NCBI GenBank assembly: GCA_965248195.1
Contig: CBDFIQ010000002.1
Coordinates: 2,656,001 to 2,720,000 of the forward strand
Direction: 5' to 3'
Length of the DNA: 64,000 bases
Source of the DNA: Longimicrobiales bacterium
GTDB lineage: Bacteria; Gemmatimonadota; Gemmatimonadetes; Longimicrobiales; Gaopeijiaceae
Below, piece after piece: positions 42,306 through 51,616 of the stretch. The notes beneath the pieces are model-generated. The model was not told the DNA's origin. It saw only the letters and a program-made list of their open reading frames with translations, and made no database searches. Within the stretch, counting starts at the first letter, position 1. Each line of letters begins with the position of its first letter. Both the position numbers and the translations under genes were made by a program.

Positions 42306-43469
42306 ATGGACAGGACGATCCTCACATGCGTGGCACTCTTGGTTGGTGCTTCCTCGCTCACGGGGCAGGTTACCTCCCCAGCCGACTCGGCAAACGTCCT
42401 GCTCGACGCAGCTGAATCGTTCGAATCCGACGGCAGGTGGGATGTCGCCGAGGCCCTCTACAGGTTCATCGCCGAGCACTTCGACACGACCCCGGCGTCG
42501 TTGCAGGCTCGGACACGATTCTCAGCACTGAGCAGAGTGGGGGCCGAGGGCAGTGGCAGCGTCGAGCTCCGTGTATGGGCCACGACCTTCGGCCTCTGGC
42601 TGGGAGTCGCCGTTCCCGGCTGGCTCGGTGCGGACCAGCCGGAACCCTACGGCGCTGGGCTTCTGTTGGGCGGGCCGGCAGGCTACTTCGGAGGAAAGGT
42701 CCTGGCCGGGTCCCTGGACCTGACCGAGGGGCAAGCCAGGGCCGTCACCCTGGGCGGAACCTGGGGCACCTGGCAGGGGTTCGGCTGGGCCGAGGTTCTG
42801 GATCTCGGGGGCCAGGAAAACTGCTTCAGGGGTCAGTGCTTCGACAGCGGCCCGAGCGATGAAGCCAGGTTCGGCGCCATGGTGATCGGTGGACTGTCCG
42901 GGATCGCCGCCGGGGCTCTGCTCGCCCGCCGGCCGATAACTCGAGGTGTTGCGAGTACCGCGAACTACGGGGCGCTGTGGGGCACATGGTTCGGGGTAGC
43001 CAGCTCGATTCTCATGGATTTCGACGAGGGCGACGGGCCCTTGACTGGGGCGCTCATCGGGGGAAACGTCGGACTTCTGACGACCGCGCTCTTGGCACCC
43101 GGGTGGAACATCAGCAGGAACCGCGCCCGCCTCATCAGCATCACGGGTGTAATCGGAGGCCTGGGCGGAGTGGGCCTCGATCTTCTCTTTCAGCCGGACG
43201 ATGAAAAAACGGCCGTCGCCATTCCGTTCGCGACGAGCCTACTCGGGTTGGCGATCGGAGCAGTGACCACGCGGGGCTCCGACGCGGAGCCGGTGCCCGC
43301 AGACAACTCACTCTCCTCCTTGTCCGGAGCCCTTTTCAAGTTGGACGAGGGCCGCTTCGGGGTCGGGTTCCCGACGCCCACACCCACCCTGGTTCGAATC
43401 GATCTCCCCTCGGGAGGCACGGCCCTTGAGCCCGCGGCCTCGTTCACCCTCTTCGCGGCGAGGTTCTAG
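42306..43469 (+). CDS. Hypothetical Gly-rich multi-pass membrane protein
   Basis: Signal peptide, short TPR-like helix pair, repeated G-x-WG-TW hydrophobic units; GAGGTG RBS. Confidence 0.7.
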   Translation: MDRTILTCVALLVGASSLTGQVTSPADSANVLLDAAESFESDGRWDVAEALYRFIAEHFDTTPASLQARTRFSALSRVGAEGSGSVELRVWATTFGLWLGVAVPGWLGADQPEPYGAGLLLGGPAGYFGGKVLAGSLDLTEGQARAVTLGGTWGTWQGFGWAEVLDLGGQENCFRGQCFDSGPSDEARFGAMVIGGLSGIAAGALLARRPITRGVASTANYGALWGTWFGVASSILMDFDEGDGPLTGALIGGNVGLLTTALLAPGWNISRNRARLISITGVIGGLGGVGLDLLFQPDDEKTAVAIPFATSLLGLAIGAVTTRGSDAEPVPADNSLSSLSGALFKLDEGRFGVGFPTPTPTLVRIDLPSGGTALEPAASFTLFAARF

Positions 43470-43481
43470 GCTGCCGAACCG

Positions 43482-44360
43482 CTACGCCTCGCCGGCGTCT
43501 CGGTCCGACTCCGCCGCTCCGGACCCGTAGACCTCAGGCACCCAACGCAAGCTGTCGATCGGGGGGCGCTGGTAGTTGGGGTCTTTCTGTAGGTCGGGAA
43601 GCTCGATGGGCTCGTCCGGGATCTCTTGGCACGGAATCGTCTGCAGGAGGTGGTGGATACAGTTGAGGCGGGCGTGGCGCTTGACGTCGGCTCCGACCAC
43701 GTACCAGGGCGCCCCTTCGACATCGGTATGTCTCATCATCTCGTCCCTCGCCCGGGAGTAGTCGCTCCAGTGGGCGCGGGATGCGACATCGATCGGTCCG
43801 ATCTTCCACCGCTTTCTCGGATCTGCTAGCCGGCTTCTGAACCGCCGTTCCTGTTCCTCCGGACTGATCGCGAACCAGTACTTGATCAGGACTATCCCGG
43901 ACTCGACCAGCATCCGCTCGAAACCCGGACACGACCGCAGGAATTCCCGATACTCATCGTCGGTACAGAATCCCATGACCCGCTCTACGCCCGCCCGGTT
44001 GTACCAACTGCGATCGAACAGTACCATTTCTCCGGCAGCCGGCAGGTGAGGAACGTAGCGCTGGAAGTACCACTGGCTTCGCTCCCGTTCGGTCGGGATC
44101 CCGAGCGCCACCACCCGGGCGATACGATGGTTCAGTCGCTGCGTAATCCGCGTGATGACACCGCCCTTCCCCGCCGCATCCCGGCCCTCGAAGACGATGG
44201 CCACCCTGAGGCCTTCGTGCTTGATCCACTTCTGTAGATCGACCAGGTCTTCTTGGAGCCTGAGGAGCTCTCGGTTATAGAACTTGCGGGTGATGCGGCC
44301 GTCCGGGCGATACTCAGACGGCCCTTCGCTCTCTTCCGCGCCTCGCGGGGGCGGAGGCAT
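43482..44360 (-). CDS. ppk2: Polyphosphate kinase 2
   Basis: FEGRDAAGKGG, WYFQRY, FDRSWYNRAGVERVMGFC. Confidence 0.95.
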   Translation of the reverse strand: MPPPPRGAEESEGPSEYRPDGRITRKFYNRELLRLQEDLVDLQKWIKHEGLRVAIVFEGRDAAGKGGVITRITQRLNHRIARVVALGIPTERERSQWYFQRYVPHLPAAGEMVLFDRSWYNRAGVERVMGFCTDDEYREFLRSCPGFERMLVESGIVLIKYWFAISPEEQERRFRSRLADPRKRWKIGPIDVASRAHWSDYSRARDEMMRHTDVEGAPWYVVGADVKRHARLNCIHHLLQTIPCQEIPDEPIELPDLQKDPNYQRPPIDSLRWVPEVYGSGAAESDRDAGEA

Positions 44361-44915
44361 TCATTCCCCTCCGTGTTCGACGGTGTCGAACAGTGGATCG
44401 AGGAACCGAAGCACGCGGTAAAGCTCCTCACCCTCGAAGGGGGGATCGACATGCTGCGCACCGACGAGGGTGAGTTGGATAAGCCGGGCCAGTACGTCTG
44501 CGGCCTCTAGGTCCGTCATCCGCTCGGTGCACAACTCGACCAGGAACTCGAGCCTCTTTCGGTCGACGCGATCCTGGACGCGACGTGCCTCGGGCTCTCG
44601 GGTGGCCCAGCCTCGAATCGCCCTCTCCAACCTCGCGTTCTTGAGCTCGGAAGCCTGCCGGTTGACCGCGCGCAGCCGCTCCTTCACCGGGGCTTCGGAG
44701 CGACCCGAGGCAATGATGCGGTCCGTGGCCTGCTGCTCCCACGCCGCCAAGACATCCCCCACGTATCCCGGGCGGCCCTCGAAGTGATGGTAGAACGACC
44801 CCTTTGAGCGCTCGAGACGTTCGCATAGGGCGTCCACCGTGAGTCCGGCATCGCCCTCGCTGGCTAGGATCCGAAAGCCCTCTTCAATCCAGTCCTTTCG
44901 TGATCTTTGGGCCAT
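44361..44915 (-). CDS. TetR/AcrR-family regulator
   Basis: LTVDALCERLERSKGSFYHHF helix-turn-helix. Confidence 0.92.
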   Translation of the reverse strand: MAQRSRKDWIEEGFRILASEGDAGLTVDALCERLERSKGSFYHHFEGRPGYVGDVLAAWEQQATDRIIASGRSEAPVKERLRAVNRQASELKNARLERAIRGWATREPEARRVQDRVDRKRLEFLVELCTERMTDLEAADVLARLIQLTLVGAQHVDPPFEGEELYRVLRFLDPLFDTVEHGGE

Positions 44916-45139
44916 CCGGTGGTCTCGCTCCTCTGGTCGTGACCGTGCTCGGTGGAGAACGGTAACCCCGGTCTTGGGGATAGGCCATCACGGCGTATTC
45001 GCGCGTGACGCGACCATGAGATCCCGGGTAGAACCTCGTGCCTGCGCCCCACCGCTTGCGGGGGCCGGCACAAACGTCCTAGCATCCTTGAGAACCGCCA
45101 CCGGGGTCGCCAAGTCGGGCCCTTTACCAAAATACCGGG

Positions 45140-46264
45140 ATGACTTCCATGGGCAGAAAAGCATTTGAAATCGACCGGCGTGAGTTCGTCCGCCACGGGG
45201 TGGGAATGGGTGCAGGCGCCTTGGCTCTGGGGCGCCTGCCGAAGGGAAGGGCGCACGGGGAAGACCAAGCCGTTGGAACCCCCCTGGTCATCACCAGCCG
45301 TACGACGGACGCCGGCCATGACGCGATGCGGCAGGCGTGGGACATCCTGGACGGAGGGGGCACCGCCTTGGACGCCGTCGAGCGCGGCGCCAACGTCGTG
45401 GAGCTGGACCCGGAAGATTCGGGCGTCGGCTACGGCGGCCTTCCGAATGAGAATGGCGTCATCCAGCTCGACGCTTCGATCATGGATGGCAAGACCTATA
45501 ATGCCGGAGCCGTGGCAGCCCTCGAGAACATCAAGACCCCCGCTTCGGTCGCCCGGCTCGTGATGGAGCGAACGGACCATATAATCCTGGTGGGAGCCGG
45601 CGCGCTGGAGTTCGCCCGCTCCTTCGGTTTCAAGGAGGAGGATCTGCACACCGAACGGTCACGTGCGGCTTGGCTGCGGTGGCGGGAGGAGCACAGCGAT
45701 CGGGACGACTGGGGCTCACCGGATCACTTGAGAAACCTGGCGGGGCCAGGATCGGACGGGCGCGGCGCGAGTTCAGGATCGGGCCGGCGCAGCGATGAGC
45801 CCCTCGACTTCCACTACGGAACGGTCAACGTCCTGGCCGTCGACTCGAACGGCGACATCTCCGGCATCACGACCACCAGCGGATTGAGCTGGAAGGTCAA
45901 CGGACGGATCGGGGACTCTCCGATCATCGGTGCGGGGCTCTACGTCGACAACGACATCGGCGCGGCGGGGGCCACGGGCCGCGGGGAAGACGTCATCAAG
46001 TCCTGCGCCTCATTCTACATTGTCCTGCGCATGGGCCAGGGTCGCACACCCCAAGAGGCCTGCGAGGACGCGTGCGATCTGATCGTCCACAAGTACCGGA
46101 AAGTGAACCCGAACTTCATCCCGGGGGAAAAGTTCGTCGCCATCAACAAGGACGGAGAGTACGGTGCCGCTGCGATGGGCCGCAATCGGAGCCGGCCCCA
46201 GATGACCGTGCGAAGCGCGGAAGGCCTTCAGATTCACGAGGGGACGGTAAATTACACGGGCTGA
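45140..46264 (+). CDS. Tat-exported Ntn-hydrolase (glycosylasparaginase / asparaginase_2 family)
   Basis: DRREFV Tat motif, VGYGGLP, LDASIMDG, G|T cleavage site (HYGTVN), GRIGDSPIIGAG, ATGRGE. Confidence 0.9.
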   Translation: MTSMGRKAFEIDRREFVRHGVGMGAGALALGRLPKGRAHGEDQAVGTPLVITSRTTDAGHDAMRQAWDILDGGGTALDAVERGANVVELDPEDSGVGYGGLPNENGVIQLDASIMDGKTYNAGAVAALENIKTPASVARLVMERTDHIILVGAGALEFARSFGFKEEDLHTERSRAAWLRWREEHSDRDDWGSPDHLRNLAGPGSDGRGASSGSGRRSDEPLDFHYGTVNVLAVDSNGDISGITTTSGLSWKVNGRIGDSPIIGAGLYVDNDIGAAGATGRGEDVIKSCASFYIVLRMGQGRTPQEACEDACDLIVHKYRKVNPNFIPGEKFVAINKDGEYGAAAMGRNRSRPQMTVRSAEGLQIHEGTVNYTG

Positions 46265-46305
46265 AGCACGCCGGCACGGGCGGGGCCCATTGGGGAGAAC
46301 CTGAC

Positions 46306-47745
46306 TTGAAGGCCACGTTCGGCTTTCTGATCTGCATGTCGTTCCTGGCCTCGGGCCTGGCCTTCGGTGGGTGCGCGATGACAGGGGCCACCCCGGTGTA
46401 CGGGGCGGGCCTAGCCGTCCAGTACGGAGAGGTTCAGCGTCTCCTCGACGAGAAATGCACCTCTTGCCACACAGGCGCCGACGCCGTGCGGGGCCTGCGC
46501 CTCGACTCCTGGCCGGCGCTGATCGCGGGGTCCGACCACGGCGAGGCGGTCATCCCCTTCGACGCCGCTCGCTCGCTGTTGGTCGAGCTGACGACCAAGC
46601 TCGTGGGCGGTCCGCATCCTGCCGAGGTAGGCCGTGAGCCCTTGAACGACGCCGAGGTGGCGCTCCTGAGTGAATGGATCGACGAGGGTGCCCCGTCGGA
46701 GACCGGCGAGGTCCCGTTTGCCGACGCGCAACATCTCCTTTATGCGGCCAATCAGAGCGTCGCCGTCATTTCCGTGATCGACATGGACACCAACCAAGTG
46801 ATCCGCACCGTGGATCTCCAGGAATACGGACTCCCGGAGAACGCATCGCCCCACCACATCGCGGTCGAGCCGGACGGCTTTCACTGGTATGTATCGGCCA
46901 TCGCCGCCAACCAGATCCTCAAGTTCGACCGCGAAAACGAATTGGTGCAACGGAAGGAGTTCGTACGGCCGGGCCTTCTGGCAGTCGATCCAGATGGCGA
47001 GAACCTCTACGCCGGCCGCTCGATGGCGGCAGTATCACCGCCGCAGGCAATCGGCGTGATTCGCCGATCCGACATGACGCTGGAAGAGGTGGGCATCTTC
47101 CTGCCGAGACCTCACGCTTTGGCCGTTCGGCCTGGTACGGGCACGGTCTATACAGCCAGCCTGGCGGTCAACCAGATCGCGTCTTTCTATCCCGAGGACG
47201 AGGCCGTCGAGCTCCATGAGCTGGAGGGCGACCGCCAACACACGCTCGTCGGCTTCGCCGTGTCACCGGACGGGCGATGGATGGTCGGAACGACCGAGCT
47301 CACGGCCTCAGTGTTCGTGTTCGATCTCGATCGGGCGCCCGACATGACCCCGGTGGATACCATCGCGGTAAACAGCGCGCCGTGGCATCCTGTGTTCACA
47401 CCGGACGGACGCTGGGTCTACGTGGGCAACAATCGGGACAATACGGTCAACGTGATCGACATGGAGACGCGAACGCTCGCCAAGGTCATCGAGGGGAACG
47501 GGCTTGCACAGCCCCACGGAGCCGCCGTATCAGCGGACGGACGTTTCGTATACATCTCCAGCCGGAACCTCGAGATGTCTGAGGACCCAACCAGAGCAGG
47601 CCACGTGTACACACCTCGGTACGACCTGGGCGACAACGGCCGGGCGGGCACGGTGGTAGTCATCGACACGGAGAGCCAGGAGATCGTGAAAATCATCGAG
47701 ATCGAGGGGTATGGGGCGGGGCTGGGTACGGCCGCGTCTAGCTGA
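46306..47745 (+). CDS. Cytochrome c domain + YVTN-type beta-propeller protein
   Basis: Possible lipobox FGGC, CTSCH heme motif, WIDEGA, repeated PH..AVSxDG..YV blades; TTG start after GGAG is inferred. Confidence 0.8.
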   Translation: MKATFGFLICMSFLASGLAFGGCAMTGATPVYGAGLAVQYGEVQRLLDEKCTSCHTGADAVRGLRLDSWPALIAGSDHGEAVIPFDAARSLLVELTTKLVGGPHPAEVGREPLNDAEVALLSEWIDEGAPSETGEVPFADAQHLLYAANQSVAVISVIDMDTNQVIRTVDLQEYGLPENASPHHIAVEPDGFHWYVSAIAANQILKFDRENELVQRKEFVRPGLLAVDPDGENLYAGRSMAAVSPPQAIGVIRRSDMTLEEVGIFLPRPHALAVRPGTGTVYTASLAVNQIASFYPEDEAVELHELEGDRQHTLVGFAVSPDGRWMVGTTELTASVFVFDLDRAPDMTPVDTIAVNSAPWHPVFTPDGRWVYVGNNRDNTVNVIDMETRTLAKVIEGNGLAQPHGAAVSADGRFVYISSRNLEMSEDPTRAGHVYTPRYDLGDNGRAGTVVVIDTESQEIVKIIEIEGYGAGLGTAASS

Positions 47746-47920
47746 CTGCGACCTTCGCCGAGCCCTCCCTCTATTCGTCGTATGCCACCGCCGCGACTCA
47801 TCACAACCTGCCACAGAGCGGGAGACTTCTTGATACGTCGGATGACGTAGAGATGGAGATCCGAATACGTAGTGCTGGGGGTGCGAATCCGTGCGCGCGG
47901 TCCGCGCGAGTGAATGCCCC

Positions 47921-47952
47921 TTGTCATATAATCCGGACTCTCACGTCACTCA
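47921..47952 (+). promoter_or_regulatory. Candidate ECF-sigma promoter TTGTCATA-N16-GTCACTCA
   Basis: 28 nt upstream of the ECF gene; identical boxes and spacing at 51463-51494 (-). Confidence 0.7.
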
Positions 47953-47980
47953 TCCTTGAAAATGGATCAGCAGCGTTTGG

Positions 47981-48526
47981 ATGATCTCGCCCGAACTGAC
48001 GCCTGAAGAGCTGGAGGCCCAGCTCGGGCAGTTGCACGAGGACAGCTTCGGTTGGGCGTTGAGCTGCTGTGGATGGGATGAAGCGGACGCGGAGGATGTT
48101 CTGCAGACAACATACCTGAAGGTGGTTTCGGGCAGTGCGTGCTTCGGAGGCAAGTCCGCGTTCAAGACGTGGCTCTTCGGGGTGATCCGGCAGACGGCTC
48201 GTGAGCATATACGGCGAGCGAGCTCTCACCGGGAGCGGGTCGAGAGACTGGAACAGGAGATGGTGTCTGGAGATAGAGCAGTGGCGCATCCGGACGATCG
48301 GGTGGAGCGCTCGGAGACCAGTGGCGCGCTGCTCGAGGCGATGGCAGAGTTGCCGCCGAAGCAGCGTGAGGTGCTTCATTTGGTCTTCTACCAAGATCTT
48401 ACAGTCCGCGAGGCGGGCGAGGTGATGGGGGTATCCCTGGGTACGGCCCGGGTGCATTATGACCGAGGGAAGAAGAAGCTGAAGGCCCTTCTCTCTGATG
48501 AGGAAGTAGGCGGAGGATCTCCGTGA
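47981..48526 (+). CDS. ECF sigma-70 factor
   Basis: DAEDVLQ, FKTWLFGV, LPPKQREVL, TVREAGEVMGVSLGTAR. Confidence 0.93.
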   Translation: MISPELTPEELEAQLGQLHEDSFGWALSCCGWDEADAEDVLQTTYLKVVSGSACFGGKSAFKTWLFGVIRQTAREHIRRASSHRERVERLEQEMVSGDRAVAHPDDRVERSETSGALLEAMAELPPKQREVLHLVFYQDLTVREAGEVMGVSLGTARVHYDRGKKKLKALLSDEEVGGGSP

Positions 48527-49014
48527 TGCATAGACATGACGATGACCGTTTGAAGCATGACGACGACGGCTTGAAGGAGGAGTTCGGGCGACTCCGGTCC
48601 GAAACGGAGGGGTCCCCACGTGTACCCGACTTCGGGACGATGCTCGAGAAGGCCAAGGCCGACGCGGTGGCGCGCCCCGAACTCCAGGTCTTACAAGGTG
48701 GGCAGTCCGACGCCGGACCGCACCGCAGGCGCGTGATGCTGATCGGCGGTTGGGCCTCGGCAGCCGTTGCGGCGGCCATGGCCGGGGTCCTGCTGATGGG
48801 TGGTCGCTCCGATGCCGATCGCGAGTTCGAACGTTTGGTGGCCTCCTACTCGGCGGACGTGTCTTCCGGCGCTTGGCGGTCGCCGACTTCTGGACTGCTG
48901 AATGTGCCGGGCATGGGCCTCACCCGCTCGGTGCCGTCGCTCGGCTCCGCGATCCGAGGTCTCGATCCGGACCAGCTCCGCAACGTGCCCGATCCCGAGA
49001 CGAGGGACTTATGA
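48523..49014 (+). CDS. Putative single-TM anti-sigma factor
   Basis: Overlaps sigma stop; one TM segment; WRSPTSGLL motif. Confidence 0.7.
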   Translation: MMHRHDDDRLKHDDDGLKEEFGRLRSETEGSPRVPDFGTMLEKAKADAVARPELQVLQGGQSDAGPHRRRVMLIGGWASAAVAAAMAGVLLMGGRSDADREFERLVASYSADVSSGAWRSPTSGLLNVPGMGLTRSVPSLGSAIRGLDPDQLRNVPDPETRDL

Positions 49015-49481
49015 GGCGATCTAGTGCTGGACTGTCGAGCGCCGGACTCGTGATCGCACTCGTGGTGTGCTCGGTTGCGCTCTCGACGCCCGCTCTCGCC
49101 CAGCAAGAGCAGGCGACTGCGGAAGATCCTCTGTTTTCGACGCTGTTTCCGCCCGAGCTGATCATGCAGCACCGGCGCGCGATCGGCCTCACGGACGAGC
49201 AACGGGACGCGATCAGCCAGTTGATTGGGGACCTGCAGGGGCGCGTTGTCCGACTCCAGTGGGATCTGCTCGACGAGATCCAGCGGCTGACGGAGATCAC
49301 GTCGGGCGCGAGGGTCGACCTCGACCGATCTCTCGATCAGATCGGGAACGTGCTCGACACGGAAAACGAGATCAAGGAGGCGCACTTCGAGATGTTGGTG
49401 CGGGTCAAGAACCTGCTGAGCGCTGAGCAGCAGGCGACGCTGGAACGGCTACGTGCCGCGGAGATGCCGCCGCCCGGCTGA
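49011..49481 (+). CDS. Spy/CpxP-like periplasmic helical protein
   Basis: Signal peptide; IGLTDEQ and LLSAEQ (LTxxQ-type) motifs; ATGA overlap. Confidence 0.8.
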   Translation: MRRSSAGLSSAGLVIALVVCSVALSTPALAQQEQATAEDPLFSTLFPPELIMQHRRAIGLTDEQRDAISQLIGDLQGRVVRLQWDLLDEIQRLTEITSGARVDLDRSLDQIGNVLDTENEIKEAHFEMLVRVKNLLSAEQQATLERLRAAEMPPPG

Positions 49482-49506
49482 GCGCCTGAGCAACCACTTG
49501 GTCTGC

Positions 49507-49550
49507 AGCCGGCCTAAGGCCACCCGATCTGGAGCCGGCCTAAGGCCACC
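49507..49550. repeat. 18-bp direct repeat at the convergent gene ends
   Basis: AGCCGGCCTAAGGCCACC at 49507-49524 and 49533-49550. Confidence 0.8.
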
Positions 49551-50175
49551 ACGACACGCCGAGGTTGACGCGTGACGAGTTCGCGTCGAAGTCCAGGCCG
49601 CTTAGCGAGACGTTATCGACCCTCAGGGTGGTGAACTCGCCTCCGGTCCATAGCAGCTGCAGATCCAGCGCCCACGACTCGCTCAAGTAGTAGTCGACTC
49701 CGCCGCCGAGCGTGAGCCCTGCGCCCGAGAAAGAGAGTTCGTTCCGTGCGGTACCGTCTACCACGGGGTCGTTGACGCTCACCACTCGATAACCGATCGC
49801 CCCCTGCAGGAACGGAACCCACTTGCGCAGCGAGTTCGCGAAGTTGAACCGGACACCGACGTCGAAGTGGCCCATGGTCCACTCGCCCTCGATGTTGTCC
49901 GTGCTCTCGTTGTCGAACTGCCCGCCGTCACCTTGAACGAAGATCGTGATTCTGCGGTTCACGCCGTAGCCGAGATAGAGGCCCCCACCCCCCGCGTTGT
50001 TGCGCTCATCGTCACCGCCGTCGACGGACAGCGACGCAGCGGTCAGGTGCAGCCCGACGGTGAACCCTCGGGTCGTGGACTCTTGCGCAGCGGCCGATTC
50101 GGCCACGAAAAAGAGGGCCAGAGCGGCCAAGGACAGGAGGGCCAAGGGTAGGAGACTGAGCTTCGAGCGTCGCAT
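49540..50175 (-). CDS. Small outer-membrane beta-barrel protein
   Basis: Signal peptide, alternating beta strands, WVPFLQGAIG, GGGVDYYL, aromatic C-terminus. Confidence 0.85.
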   Translation of the reverse strand: MRRSKLSLLPLALLSLAALALFFVAESAAAQESTTRGFTVGLHLTAASLSVDGGDDERNNAGGGGLYLGYGVNRRITIFVQGDGGQFDNESTDNIEGEWTMGHFDVGVRFNFANSLRKWVPFLQGAIGYRVVSVNDPVVDGTARNELSFSGAGLTLGGGVDYYLSESWALDLQLLWTGGEFTTLRVDNVSLSGLDFDANSSRVNLGVSWWP

Positions 50176-50205
50176 GGTTGCCTCGGTGGTCCAAGTACGA
50201 AGGAT

Positions 50206-50288
50206 CCCCGGTCCGGCGCCGGTGACCGTGACGGACGCGGAGCTCGCCGCGTCCAAAACAATCATAATGGTCCGGCGACGGACCGGGG
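50206..50288 (-). other. Predicted branched RNA structure in the lipoprotein-barrel intergenic region
   Basis: 17-bp outer stem (50206-50222 / 50272-50288, 1 mismatch) and 8-bp inner stem (50233-50240 / 50247-50254). Confidence 0.55.
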
Positions 50289-50318
50289 CGAGTTTCTTTT
50301 GCCCCGTCTATTGCCCCT

Positions 50319-51416
50319 CTAGAGGATGATCCCGAGAATCACGAGATCGTCGATCGGGTCGATGAGATCCTCGAGGAAGTCGAAAACGTCTTCAACGACG
50401 TCGACAATCCGGTGGAGCACGAGCGCCTCGCCGAAGGTAAGCGGCTCGCCACCCTGGCCGAGGATGGTCAGGTCGTCCTCGGGCCCGGAGACCGTGGCGA
50501 AGATGTCACCGTTGAGGAAGAACGTGCCTTCCATGATTCCGTCGACTCCAATCACGTCGACCCGGATCGAGTGCATGCGGTGGCGCACCGTGAGGTCGAT
50601 ATCTCCGACGCTCTCGGTATCGTCCTCGATACCACTGACGTTGCCGGTGATGCTGAAATCACGCGCGTCGACGCGGAGCTCGAACTCGATGTCGAGCATA
50701 GTCCCGTCCTCGGTTTCCGTCCCGACGGCCTCGATGGCGAAGTCCAGCCGGACGCCGTCCCCGTTTAAGAACCCGTGCACGGTCAGGGCGCCGCGATTCG
50801 CGCTTTCGTCCAGCGTGGTGCGGTAATCGAGCACCGTACTCTCGTTCTGCACAACGGTGAGGTGTAAGACGATGTCCTCGGCGCTCCCGTCTCCCTCATC
50901 GATCAAGTCGGCGTATCCGCTCTCCCGTTCGACGATGGGCGTGCCCCCCTCGTCTACCTCGTACGTGATGAAGCGCACGCCGGTCTCGGGGGCGCCCGTG
51001 CGCTCCGGATCGGGGGCGTAGTCATCGGCGACGGGATCGTACACGAAGGTCACACCGCGATGTATGTCGGAGATGATCGGCGCGGCGGCCGGGCCTCGGG
51101 TGGCGTTGGCCGCGTTGATGCGGCGGGCCATGTTCAGGGCGAACGCTCTGCCGCCGTCGGCGGTGTTCGGCGAGCCCATTGCGGCTACGAGGTCGATTGC
51201 GGCGGGTGAGGCCCCGAACGGCGTGCGGTTTCCCAGGGCCTGGAAGCCGGCGAACTCGGCCGAGCCGAGCGCCGCATCCATGGCCGCGTAGTCCGCAAGT
51301 GCGGCGTCGGTGTCGAGCGCCGTCTCGAGATCGGGCTCCGTGCTGCTCTCACACCCGGCCGCGAACGTGCTTACGGCTGCGATCGTGGCGAGCGCTTTCA
51401 GTCGATTCTTCCACAT
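50319..51416 (-). CDS. Acidic beta-rich lipoprotein of unknown function
   Basis: FAAGC lipobox; GGAGGA RBS. Confidence 0.8.
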   Translation of the reverse strand: MWKNRLKALATIAAVSTFAAGCESSTEPDLETALDTDAALADYAAMDAALGSAEFAGFQALGNRTPFGASPAAIDLVAAMGSPNTADGGRAFALNMARRINAANATRGPAAAPIISDIHRGVTFVYDPVADDYAPDPERTGAPETGVRFITYEVDEGGTPIVERESGYADLIDEGDGSAEDIVLHLTVVQNESTVLDYRTTLDESANRGALTVHGFLNGDGVRLDFAIEAVGTETEDGTMLDIEFELRVDARDFSITGNVSGIEDDTESVGDIDLTVRHRMHSIRVDVIGVDGIMEGTFFLNGDIFATVSGPEDDLTILGQGGEPLTFGEALVLHRIVDVVEDVFDFLEDLIDPIDDLVILGIIL

Positions 51417-51462
51417 GGTTCAGTCCTCCCCTTCTCGTTCTCGAAGTTGTTTCGATCGAGGG

Positions 51463-51494
51463 TGAGTGACCTGGGGGGTCCGGTTGTATGACAA
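51463..51494 (-). promoter_or_regulatory. Second copy of candidate ECF promoter TTGTCATA-N16-GTCACTCA
   Basis: 46 nt upstream of the lipoprotein ATG; spacer also shares CCGGAC with the first copy. Confidence 0.7.
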
Positions 51495-51616
51495 GTGCTC
51501 GGAAACGCAGGCCGGAGGCCAATCCAGTCGCCCGCTATGACTGGCGGCTGCTTGCGCCTGCGGCCCCGTATGTACACTCCGGCCAACTTCTCGGAGAGGA
51601 TCCGGTGGTGAGGCGT

